Below are positions 27,181-36,224 of a DNA stretch of 64,000 nucleotides, piece by piece. The stretch is from Promethearchaeota archaeon (GTDB taxonomy: Archaea; Asgardarchaeota; Lokiarchaeia; Sigyniarchaeales; SOKP01). Location of the stretch: NCBI GenBank assembly GCA_019894975.1, contig JAGXNO010000003.1, forward strand, positions 32,001-96,000, given 5' to 3'. The position numbers and the translations under genes were made by a program. The number at the start of each line of letters is the position of its first letter. The first letter of the stretch is position 1. A model generated the notes under the pieces. That model was not told where the DNA came from, searched no databases, and saw only the letters and a list, made by a program, of their open reading frames with translations.

Positions 27181-28551
27181 ATGAAAGGTCCTGTAGAGCC
27201 ATTTAAAATAAAAATGGTCGAACATGTTGGAATGCCAGATGAAAAGAGAAGGATTGCAGCAATTAGAGAAGCAGGTTATAACACATTTTTATTAAAATCT
27301 GAAGATGTATTTATTGATCTATTAACGGATTCTGGTACATCCGCTATGTCCGATTATCAATGGAGTGGTATGCTATTAGGGGATGAAGCTTATGCTGGTG
27401 CCAAAAACTTTTACCATCTTGAAAAATCAGTTCAAGATGTTTTAGGTTATAAATATTTAGTCCCAACGCACCAAGGTCGAGGTGCTGAACATCTTATGTA
27501 TAGTCACCTTGTTAAACCAGGGCAAATTGTACCTAGAAACATGTATTTTACGACTTCGAAGTTACATGTTGAACTCCCTGGGGGAAAGATGGTTGATACG
27601 ATTATTGATGAAGCTCATGATCCAGAAAACGAATATCCATTCAAAGGAAATGTAGATTTTAAGAAGTTACAAGCCTATATTGATAATTTTGGTTTGGATA
27701 AAATTGCGTTCGTAAATGTGGAAATGAATTGTAACATGAGTGGTGGTCAACCTGTATCTATGCAGAATCTAAGAGAGTTAAGAAAGATTTGTAACGAGTA
27801 TCAACTCAAAATAATATTTGACGCAACTCGCTCTAGTGAAAATGCATACTTCATTCGTGAACGCGAAAAAGGTTATGAAAGTACACCAATAATCGATATC
27901 CTTAGAGAGATGATGAGCTACTCTGATGGGTGCATTTATAGCGCGAAGAAAGATTGCCTAGTGAACATTGGTGGCTTTCTTGCCACAAATGATAATGATA
28001 TTTTTGAAGCTACTAGGAACATGGTTGTAGTCTATGAAGGACTTCACACTTATGGCGGTATGGCTGGTCGTGACATGGAAGCAGTTGCACGGGGTCTAAG
28101 GGAAGGAGCCCAATATGAGTATTTAAAGTATAGAATTAACCAAGTTCGCTATTTAGGTGATTTACTAAAAGACGAAGGTGTTCCGATTGTAAAACCAATT
28201 GGAGGTCACGGAGTATTTATAAACGCTCTAAAGTTCTTGCCACATCTCGAAAGAGAACAATGGCCGGCGCAAACGCTAAGCGCTGCGATTTATGAGGATT
28301 CAGCAGTAAGAAGCATGGAACGTGGTGCAGTATCCAAAGGACGTGATAAGGAAACAGGTGAGAACATTTTTCCAGCATTAGAATTAGTAAGATTAACAAT
28401 TCCAAGAAGAGTATACACAAATTCGCATATGGAATACACAGCGGAGTCGGTTATTCGTCTCTTTGAGAAACGGGAAACAATCCGAGGATTAAAAATGGTG
28501 TACGAACCAGAATATTTAAGATTTTTTCAGGCTCGATTTGAAAAATTATGA
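27181..28551 (+). CDS. tpl: Tyrosine phenol-lyase / tryptophanase family beta-eliminating lyase (TPL-like residues)
   Basis: IDLLTDSGT, HQGRGAE, MYFTT, SAKKD (PLP Lys), VRSMERG, LRFF. Confidence 0.8.
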   Translation: MKGPVEPFKIKMVEHVGMPDEKRRIAAIREAGYNTFLLKSEDVFIDLLTDSGTSAMSDYQWSGMLLGDEAYAGAKNFYHLEKSVQDVLGYKYLVPTHQGRGAEHLMYSHLVKPGQIVPRNMYFTTSKLHVELPGGKMVDTIIDEAHDPENEYPFKGNVDFKKLQAYIDNFGLDKIAFVNVEMNCNMSGGQPVSMQNLRELRKICNEYQLKIIFDATRSSENAYFIREREKGYESTPIIDILREMMSYSDGCIYSAKKDCLVNIGGFLATNDNDIFEATRNMVVVYEGLHTYGGMAGRDMEAVARGLREGAQYEYLKYRINQVRYLGDLLKDEGVPIVKPIGGHGVFINALKFLPHLEREQWPAQTLSAAIYEDSAVRSMERGAVSKGRDKETGENIFPALELVRLTIPRRVYTNSHMEYTAESVIRLFEKRETIRGLKMVYEPEYLRFFQARFEKL

Positions 28552-28745
28552 GAAACTTACATTTAAAAAAAATCTTTTAAAAAAACCAAAAGACTAATAT
28601 AACTAGAGAAAAAGAAAATATTTACAAGTCCTTTTCTTTGCTGTCCTCTATCTCATCTCTTTATAACATTCCACACAGTAACAAACTTTATCGCGAGGGT
28701 TACAAGTCATATTTAGGTTTGTTCTCATTCAGAATAATCTGAAGG

Positions 28746-28792
28746 CATACATTTTTATGAGGGGGCCCACGGGGAAGGTAGTGAAAATAAAA
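28746..28792 (+). repeat. G-rich imperfect direct repeat, copy 1
   Basis: CATACATTTTTATGAGGGGGCCCACGGGGAAGGTAG, similar to 29582-29631. Confidence 0.6.
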
Positions 28793-28865
28793 TCAAATTT
28801 AAGATTAATAGTAAAAATTAAGAATATTATATTCTAGTTGAGAAAAAATTGCTAGATAATTATTA

Positions 28866-28892
28866 ATATGTGTATTCACATATATTCACATA
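28866..28892. promoter_or_regulatory. Putative RHH antitoxin operator
   Basis: ATATGTG-N4-CACATAT inverted repeat overlapping tandem TATTCACATA x2, ~30 bp upstream of antitoxin start. Confidence 0.55.
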
Positions 28893-28920
28893 ATTAGTAA
28901 ATTAATAAATTACAATTAAA

Positions 28921-29145
28921 ATGGCAAACTTAACTTTATCACTCCCAAATGAATTAAAAAAAATGATGGAAGATTTTCCAGAAATTAATTGGTCTGAAGT
29001 AGCAAGAGATTCAATTAAAAAAAAGATTGCACAATTAAATTTTATGAAAAGTTTCCGAATCGATAGTGAAATATCTCCAGAAGAAGCTTTAAATCTTGGA
29101 AGAGAAGTAAGTGAACTCTTATTAAAACATTATAAGAGTGAGTAA
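28921..29145 (+). CDS. RHH/CopG-type antitoxin (VapB-like)
   Basis: MANLTLSLPNELKKMM..FPEINWSEVARDSI; 3 bp before PIN gene. Confidence 0.85.
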   Translation: MANLTLSLPNELKKMMEDFPEINWSEVARDSIKKKIAQLNFMKSFRIDSEISPEEALNLGREVSELLLKHYKSE

Positions 29146-29148
29146 AAA

Positions 29149-29568
29149 ATGAAATTAGTTATTGATGCTAATATTCTTTTTGCTGCTTTAATAAAAGAGG
29201 GCTTAACTGCTGAGCTCTTGATTAGCGATAAATTACAACTTTTTGCTCCCGAATTCTTATTCACAGAATTTGCAAAATATGAAAAACTCATTCTTAAGAA
29301 GACTTATCGTTCACATAAAGAATTTTACCAATTATTAGATTTATTAAAAGAGCAGATCACCATTATACCGAAAAAGGAGATAATCCCTTTTATAGATAAA
29401 GCTAGAAAAATCTCTCCCGATCCTAAAGATACAGTGTATTTGGCTCTTGCATTCTTACTTGATTCCAATATCTGGTCGAATGACAAAAGACTAAAACAAA
29501 GTCAACAAAAAATAACGGTTTTCCCAATAGAAGAATTAATTAAAAAAACTAATTTATTAAAATCCTAG
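29149..29568 (+). CDS. PIN-domain toxin (VapC-like)
   Basis: LVIDANILFAALI...DPKDTVYLALA...IWSNDK. Confidence 0.9.
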   Translation: MKLVIDANILFAALIKEGLTAELLISDKLQLFAPEFLFTEFAKYEKLILKKTYRSHKEFYQLLDLLKEQITIIPKKEIIPFIDKARKISPDPKDTVYLALAFLLDSNIWSNDKRLKQSQQKITVFPIEELIKKTNLLKS

Positions 29569-29581
29569 ATGTATGTCTAAT

Positions 29582-29631
29582 CTCCTACTTTTTTAGGAGG
29601 GGGCACCACGGGGGAGGGAGATAAAATTAAA
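29582..29631 (+). repeat. G-rich imperfect direct repeat, copy 2
   Basis: CTCCTACTTTTTTAGGAGGGGGCACCACGGGGGAGGGAG. Confidence 0.6.
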
Positions 29632-29707
29632 GGTTAGACGGAAAACCATAATAGAATAAAGAATTTATTGATGTATGGAAAGATGAACTATTTTGAACGG
29701 TATAGTC

Positions 29708-29917
29708 AAGGAAACAGGTGGATATATCTTTTTGGTTTTAGATTTAGCAGGACTGACGATTCTTATAAAGACTTGTGCCAATTCCCAAATGGAAAATACC
29801 GCGGAGTCAATTATAAGACTCTATGAGAAGAGAGATATAATTTCTGGATTAAAAATGACTTATGAATCCGAGTATTTACGGTTTTTTCAAGATCGTTTTG
29901 AAAAGCTATCTCTTTAA
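29708..29917 (+). pseudogene. 3'-terminal stub of the TPL/tryptophanase gene
   Basis: KETG...TAESIIRLYEKRDIISGLKMTYESEYLRFFQDRFEKL, colinear with 28348..28548 (offset 1360). Confidence 0.85.
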
Positions 29918-30390
29918 AATCTTTTTTCAAGCACAGTAAGTATTGGATGAAATCCTGTTTTTCCGAATACATCAAGTAATTTTGAATCAGTTATATATGG
30001 AAGGTTTATTCGTATTGAATCGCATCCCCATGATTGCAAAATCTGAATAGCTCTATCTGCTAAGAGTTTTCCAACACCCTTGCCAATATATCCTTTTTTA
30101 GTGGCCCAGTTATCTAAATAACCAACATATTGACCTAAAGTGTTCTTTTGAGCTTCAATTACACCCATACTCACTACATCACCATTAGATTTTAATTCTG
30201 CAATTAGAGTTATTCGTTTCAAATTTGGTTTGAATTGTCTTAATCCCGAAGATTCTCTCCACTGATTTTCATCAAAACCGATATCAAAAAGTTCATTAAG
30301 TGCTGTTAAAATTTCTAAAGTTGCCTTATAATCTGATGTTCTGTAATTTCTTATAATGATATCTTCTTCTTTTAATATAACATCTGACAT
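29914..30390 (-). CDS. GNAT family acetyltransferase
   Basis: YIGKGVGKLL; paralogue of 10827..11315. Confidence 0.8.
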   Translation of the reverse strand: MSDVILKEEDIIIRNYRTSDYKATLEILTALNELFDIGFDENQWRESSGLRQFKPNLKRITLIAELKSNGDVVSMGVIEAQKNTLGQYVGYLDNWATKKGYIGKGVGKLLADRAIQILQSWGCDSIRINLPYITDSKLLDVFGKTGFHPILTVLEKRF

Positions 30391-30411
30391 TATTTCTTCC
30401 CTATTTTAACA

Positions 30412-31455
30412 TTAAATTTTATTTATTAATTTTAAATCTATTCTCTGAGTCAGCATTTTCAAACTATCCCCATTACCAACTTTTTGATTGACGGAAAATA
30501 GATATTCATCAATACTAGGAACTATTGGTGATACAAATAAGAGTTCTTCTTGAGGAAACCAAAATTTTACTTCTTGGTTCATGACTTCTTTCTCAAAAAA
30601 TTCCCTCACATGAGTTATGGATACAGAAATGTTATTCAGTTCCTTGTCAGTATTATTTTGAATCGTAATTTCGATTTCTTGACTATTCTCAATATAATTA
30701 ATTTTAATTATTGAAAGGAGTGGCGTAGTCGAGATACTTTCAGTTACTTGTTTTGTAGGATCAAATATTTCTATATTTGAAAATGCTTCATTTCCTTTTA
30801 AATTACCAAGTGGCGAAAAATCAAATCCTTTTAACGCGAAATAAGATATAGCTTTTTGTGTTTTAAGGGATGGAGAATCAGTCTTTGTCTTAATTGCATT
30901 TGGGAAATAGTTTTTAATTGTGGTATCGATTAACTCTCGCATAAATAACTTAGTTTTCTTACCCTTAGTTATACGCTCTTGCATTTTGGGGGTTTTAATT
31001 ATATTTTCACTTGCAATCTCACTTTCAATAACTTCAAAGAATTGTTCTTCGAATTTATTTCGGATTTTCTCCGTTAACTGTCGAATAAGCCCATCCCCAA
31101 AAATCTCTAACTCAATTGGCAAGGAAACTATAATGACAATCGTTTCTGGAGTTTCTTCTTCTAATCCAGCTCTTCTCTTAGGTCTATCAGACTTTACAAG
31201 AAATTTCTTACCAAAGAATGCGTAACCTTTATATTCTAAATCTATATGGTCAAGGTCTTCAGTTTCCAAAAACCAAACAGGATGATAATTTATTGGTCGC
31301 ATATATCTTCTGTCATTTCGAAATGTGTCATTAGGATACATCAACAAAGGAACTTGGCCTTTTTTTTCATCAAAATATAATAGATAAACGACACATAAAT
31401 CTTCGTTAGGGTTCTTGTACACTGGTCCATTAAAGATATCCGACAATAAAACCAA
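30412..31455 (-). CDS. uDENN/longin-like N-terminal domain plus C-terminal beta-sandwich
   Basis: LLYFDEKKGQVPLLMYP; C-terminal EIEITIQNNTDKELNNISVSI. Confidence 0.6.
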   Translation of the reverse strand: MVLLSDIFNGPVYKNPNEDLCVVYLLYFDEKKGQVPLLMYPNDTFRNDRRYMRPINYHPVWFLETEDLDHIDLEYKGYAFFGKKFLVKSDRPKRRAGLEEETPETIVIIVSLPIELEIFGDGLIRQLTEKIRNKFEEQFFEVIESEIASENIIKTPKMQERITKGKKTKLFMRELIDTTIKNYFPNAIKTKTDSPSLKTQKAISYFALKGFDFSPLGNLKGNEAFSNIEIFDPTKQVTESISTTPLLSIIKINYIENSQEIEITIQNNTDKELNNISVSITHVREFFEKEVMNQEVKFWFPQEELLFVSPIVPSIDEYLFSVNQKVGNGDSLKMLTQRIDLKLINKI

Positions 31456-31579
31456 TCCAATAGTAATTTAAAGGAAAATAATTATTTCTACTTCAAATGA
31501 ATTAAATTCTGCTTATTCTAAAAATTTAACTAAAAAAAAATGTTAAATTAGTATGAAAATACTATAGTTGAAATAAATT

Positions 31580-32668
31580 ATGATAGTTACAGATGTTAAA
31601 ACTCATTTATTAGAACTCGATTTTAAAATTAAAATAGGCTCAATGCCACGATTTAAAGCAACGGGACTTTATATAAACATTCTCACCGATGAGGGGATTG
31701 ATGGCTGGGCGCTGAGTCACTGGAATCTTAGCAACGCTGCTCAAAAAGTATTCATAGAGGAAGCTCTTAAGAAAATGTTAATCAGGAAGGATCCTTTTAT
31801 GACTGAAGATATATTTCATACAATTTACACATCGAGTAATAGAATTTTATTCGGAATTCCATCATCGACTTCTGCTATTATGGTTGCGTGCTGGGATATC
31901 ATCGGTAAAGCAACCAAACAGCCAATTTATCGATTATTAGGAGGAAGAAAACAGAAAATTAGAGCTTATGCTTCTATGCCACGGGGATATAAACCAAAAG
32001 CCGCTGTGGGTGCAGTTGAGTCTACTATGAAACCAGAATTAGGTGGTTTTAAAGCAGTCAAATTAAGAATTGGAAATGGGTTAAAAAAAGATGAGGAATT
32101 AATAAGAGAAGTGAGAGATACATTTCCAGAAATTGACATTATGGTTGATGCGAATTCTGCTTATGATTCTGTAAATGAAGCATTAAAATTGGCAAACATT
32201 TGTTTTAAATATGATATTACATGGCTAGAGGAACCTATTCCAACTGATAATCTTAATGGATTAGCAAAGATTAGACAAAAATCACCTGTTGAAATAGCGG
32301 GAGGAGAAAATGATATGGGAATATTTAGATTTGAAGATGTTCTTTCTAAAGGATGTTTCGATATTATACAACCAGATGTTACCAGAAGTGGGGGTTTTCT
32401 ACAAATGAAAAAGATAGATGCTATGGCAGAGGTAAAAGGGGTTAGGTGTATTCCTCATATATTTGGATTTGGTCATATTTTAGCAGCAAACCTTCATTTC
32501 ATAATGTCAACGAGATGTGACTGGTGTGAATTTCCCTTTATACCTGATGAATATCAACTTTTAGAAGAACCTATTAGAGCTGAAAATGGTATTGTAAAAG
32601 CATTAGAAAAACCTGGTTTAGGCGTGGAAATCAATAAGAAAATGTTTGAAGATAATGTTCTTACTTAA
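31580..32668 (+). CDS. Mandelate racemase/muconate lactonizing enzyme (enolase superfamily)
   Basis: WDIIGK, KLR, MVDAN, WLEEP, GGEN, QPD, PGLG. Confidence 0.92.
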   Translation: MIVTDVKTHLLELDFKIKIGSMPRFKATGLYINILTDEGIDGWALSHWNLSNAAQKVFIEEALKKMLIRKDPFMTEDIFHTIYTSSNRILFGIPSSTSAIMVACWDIIGKATKQPIYRLLGGRKQKIRAYASMPRGYKPKAAVGAVESTMKPELGGFKAVKLRIGNGLKKDEELIREVRDTFPEIDIMVDANSAYDSVNEALKLANICFKYDITWLEEPIPTDNLNGLAKIRQKSPVEIAGGENDMGIFRFEDVLSKGCFDIIQPDVTRSGGFLQMKKIDAMAEVKGVRCIPHIFGFGHILAANLHFIMSTRCDWCEFPFIPDEYQLLEEPIRAENGIVKALEKPGLGVEINKKMFEDNVLT

Positions 32669-32708
32669 CTTTCCATGGATCTTTTTTAAATCCATTGAGC
32701 ATATTGGT

Positions 32709-34685
32709 TTAGGACAATTTAATTATCCTTTCTTTTTCTAGATAACTTATCAGTTCTCCGATCTTACTAGGGAGAAGGATTGTGTTATATTCAAGAGACA
32801 AGAAGGATGCTACCCTCAAAATAGTAAAACCTTTACATACTAAATTAACAAGTTCACTCATGGATCCCATATACTCAGATTTGAGATTTTTACAAAATTC
32901 TTTAAAAATCGGTATGTCAGATAAGGCAAATAATTTATCTACTAATAATGGCCCCTCAAAATTAGGCATATATTTTTGAGTAAATCCCGCTTCTACTATT
33001 TTTAGGTCTTTGTCTTCAATTGTCTCATCAATTTTTTTACTCCATCTTGCACTATGAACTTCAAGTATTTTTGAAATTTCTTCTTTTGCGGAATCTAGCA
33101 AACTGATTACCATAGGGGATGAATCGATATTTTCTATCCACCTCAATACTTCTATTTCATAATTTTGAGAGGTTTGAAGGATATCCCTTCCCAATAATAA
33201 TAATTCGACCAAATCATTTTTAGATAGTTTTTCTTTTTGCAACGTTATATTGACGGTTAAATCTTCTAGCAATTTAATCGTTATTCCCCATCTTTTATAT
33301 ATACCTTGATGAATAATGGGCCATAACTCTAAAAATATATTTTTGTCTAATAATGAGAGAACGTGAGAGATTGATATACTCATTCCAATGACTCTCTTCA
33401 GTTCTGTTGGATCACAGTATTCTACAGTATCCATTGAAGAGTGATAATAGGGATCTTCGTGACCAAACATAATTGAAGGAATCCCGAAATAAAAATCTGA
33501 AAAAAGAACGTGATCACTTCCCCCTTCATAACTTGTTATTTTATAACTCATTGGAACTTTTGTACCATTAATCGCAATCCCATTTGGATTATGAGCTATT
33601 TTTTCGACAAAGAATGTTGCAATATCATTAAGGATTGATGGAGTAGTGCAAGGTGCTAAACATAACTCTAGAGGATATCCAATTTTAAGGCGATGTTCTC
33701 CAATCATATCTAAATTAAGGCAAGCTATCACACTTTTAATCTTATCTTCGTGATACTTCATCCATGGAGCAGTTCCATTGAATTCTGGAACCCATACAAA
33801 TCGTATTGTCTTTCTCGGTTGCTTAATTTTCTTTTCATTGACTAAAATTTTAAATACTCTTGCTAATTCTAATAATCCCGCAGCACCACTTGCATTATCA
33901 TTTGCACCAGGAAATGGGTGACATAGGTGAGCAATTATAATTACTTCTTGCTCAGGATTTTGCTCTCCCTGAATAGAGGTACTAATTACTTCTAGGTTGC
34001 CCTCTGAAAATTCAGCTTTGATTTTTGCATGCGCTTTTACAGATCCTTTTTTCAACAATTCTTTTAAATGCATTGCCTGTTTGTAGGAAATGCTGAATCC
34101 AAATTTTGCTTTATCAATCCTGTCATGTGTTGTGAAGAAACTATTGTAAATTCGTTTATCTAATTGGTCACCTGTTCTCATCAAATCAGGATAATAAATC
34201 ACCCCTAAAGCTCTTGAATTCTCTATGAGAGGATGATACATGTAAGTAGAACTCGACATCAATATCAACTTCCCGTCGATATCCTTATTTTCATAATCCT
34301 CTTTTTTATCCCCTTTTCCTATATCAACTATTTCAGCTATAATATCACATGACTTGGAATGGGTTATAATAGAAGTAGGAATTTCGTTATAATCACAAAG
34401 TTTGATCCTCTCTGGCTCTGTAATCCAAAGCTCAGCAGATTCAATTTCCCATTGATATGCTGGTATGTATCCCCAGATGTCGTTTTTACCATCAGCAGGG
34501 GCCTTAAAGTGTTCAATTTCCCTATATCCAATTCGGTATAATTCTTGTTTTATTATTTCAGCTATTTCATGATAACCATTAGAAGCTTGAATTCTACTAT
34601 GTTGAGAAATCTTAGCGACCCAATCCCATGCTCCTTGACCATTCACTTCAGATAAAATTGTATTAATGTATTTTTCAAAATCCAT
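32709..34685 (-). CDS. M28 family peptidase (DUF4910-like) with PA-like insert
   Basis: AHLCH, GANDNASG, PEFNG, LNLDMIG, GSDH, YYHSSMD. Confidence 0.85.
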   Translation of the reverse strand: MDFEKYINTILSEVNGQGAWDWVAKISQHSRIQASNGYHEIAEIIKQELYRIGYREIEHFKAPADGKNDIWGYIPAYQWEIESAELWITEPERIKLCDYNEIPTSIITHSKSCDIIAEIVDIGKGDKKEDYENKDIDGKLILMSSSTYMYHPLIENSRALGVIYYPDLMRTGDQLDKRIYNSFFTTHDRIDKAKFGFSISYKQAMHLKELLKKGSVKAHAKIKAEFSEGNLEVISTSIQGEQNPEQEVIIIAHLCHPFPGANDNASGAAGLLELARVFKILVNEKKIKQPRKTIRFVWVPEFNGTAPWMKYHEDKIKSVIACLNLDMIGEHRLKIGYPLELCLAPCTTPSILNDIATFFVEKIAHNPNGIAINGTKVPMSYKITSYEGGSDHVLFSDFYFGIPSIMFGHEDPYYHSSMDTVEYCDPTELKRVIGMSISISHVLSLLDKNIFLELWPIIHQGIYKRWGITIKLLEDLTVNITLQKEKLSKNDLVELLLLGRDILQTSQNYEIEVLRWIENIDSSPMVISLLDSAKEEISKILEVHSARWSKKIDETIEDKDLKIVEAGFTQKYMPNFEGPLLVDKLFALSDIPIFKEFCKNLKSEYMGSMSELVNLVCKGFTILRVASFLSLEYNTILLPSKIGELISYLEKERIIKLS

Positions 34686-34711
34686 GATTTTAACAAAATT
34701 TTTTGTTCTTA

Positions 34712-36076
34712 TTATAATTTTCTTTCTAGATCATTTCTCCTTTGTAATAGTATCTCTCTACATTCTTTTAGTTCTCGTGGATAATAAAAATATGGAATAA
34801 TCCAAAAAAGAGATCCTAATAACCAAATAATTAAAACTAATAAAATTGCATAAGGTAACAATGATATATTCCTTTCGATCATGGAAGATATCACTAAATT
34901 TCCAATAATACCCCCGAGATTCACCATTAATCCATTCATAGCATTCGCAGTACTTCTAATTTCAGGTAGAGATACCTCTGAATAAATAGCAAATTGATTT
35001 CCAGAGGAGAAAGCTACAAAAAAAAAACCTAAATATCCTATTATCACAAAAAATATCCAGGAAAAAACGACTTGAACTATTGTTTCAGTATAGAATGGTA
35101 TTAAGTAAAATGCAGATAAAAGAGAAATTCCTACAATAAGACCGATTAATGAAACAACAACTCGACCTTTTAACTTTCCGGATCTGAAATACCTATCTCC
35201 TAATCTTCCACCTATAATGGCTCCAAGGAGAGCACCACTTCCAGCTAGAATATAAATAGTTGTGACTATTAGTTCGGCATCCATACTATCTATTTTTATT
35301 GTTAAATAGAAGATTGCCCACATCCCAAGTGTAACATTAGCTATACCTGAGCAGAACACTGAAATTAATATTCCTCCTACTGATCGTGTTCTAAATAGTT
35401 GCTTTAGATTACTGTAAGTTATTTTGTAGTTATAATTTATTTCACCTTTAAAATTCTCAAATTCTGGTTCTGAGCGTAACCGTTCTGGTTCTATAGCTGA
35501 GAAAGTATAAAAGATTAAAGTAAATAATCCGAAAATAAATCCGATACCATAGGCAATTCTCCATCCTAAAGGTCCTGCATAATTTCCTAGCAACCCTCCA
35601 AATATAATCCCCATGCCTGCCCCTAAAGTTAAACTAAATTGCATCATTCCATATTTTTTACCTCTATCTTTAGGTGAATAAAAATCTCCAATCATAGAAA
35701 ATCCAAGAGGTAAAAAAGCTCCAGCTCCAATTGCGCCTACTATAATAAAAAGGAGGTAATAAAAATAATTTAATGATAAGGAAGCTAAACCATAAGTTAA
35801 AATCCATATAAAATTAGTATAGATAAAAATTGTCTTCCTTGAAAATCTTTCTGAGATTTTATCTCCATAATAACCAAATATTAAGATACTAATAATCCCG
35901 ATAATTAATGATGAAACTGAAACTATTCCTATTCCAAATTTTGTTGTTTTAGGAAGATATGCCAATAAATTGCCTATATTCACAGGTAAAATTCCTCCAC
36001 AAAAAAACATCATGAAATAAAGAAGAAAAATCGAGTGGAAAGTTTTCTTTCGGTTAATTTGATAAACTTCACTCAT
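34712..36076 (-). CDS. MFS transporter
   Basis: ~12 TM helices, GYYGDK..RK, DFYSPKDRG, GRLGD. Confidence 0.9.
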   Translation of the reverse strand: MSEVYQINRKKTFHSIFLLYFMMFFCGGILPVNIGNLLAYLPKTTKFGIGIVSVSSLIIGIISILIFGYYGDKISERFSRKTIFIYTNFIWILTYGLASLSLNYFYYLLFIIVGAIGAGAFLPLGFSMIGDFYSPKDRGKKYGMMQFSLTLGAGMGIIFGGLLGNYAGPLGWRIAYGIGFIFGLFTLIFYTFSAIEPERLRSEPEFENFKGEINYNYKITYSNLKQLFRTRSVGGILISVFCSGIANVTLGMWAIFYLTIKIDSMDAELIVTTIYILAGSGALLGAIIGGRLGDRYFRSGKLKGRVVVSLIGLIVGISLLSAFYLIPFYTETIVQVVFSWIFFVIIGYLGFFFVAFSSGNQFAIYSEVSLPEIRSTANAMNGLMVNLGGIIGNLVISSMIERNISLLPYAILLVLIIWLLGSLFWIIPYFYYPRELKECREILLQRRNDLERKL

Positions 36077-36224
36077 AATTCAAATGGATCCGCAAATTAT
36101 CCTTTTTTTTGGTTTTACAAATAATAATATTTGAATTTTATCTTATTAGAATGTTTATGTTAAGCAATTTTCATCAAAATAGAGGATAATGATTGAAGTA
36201 ATAGAAAAAATATGAAATTTAATC

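Noticed and set aside
29693-29917. 74-aa ORF as an independent gene
   Set aside because: Degenerate copy of the tpl C-terminus
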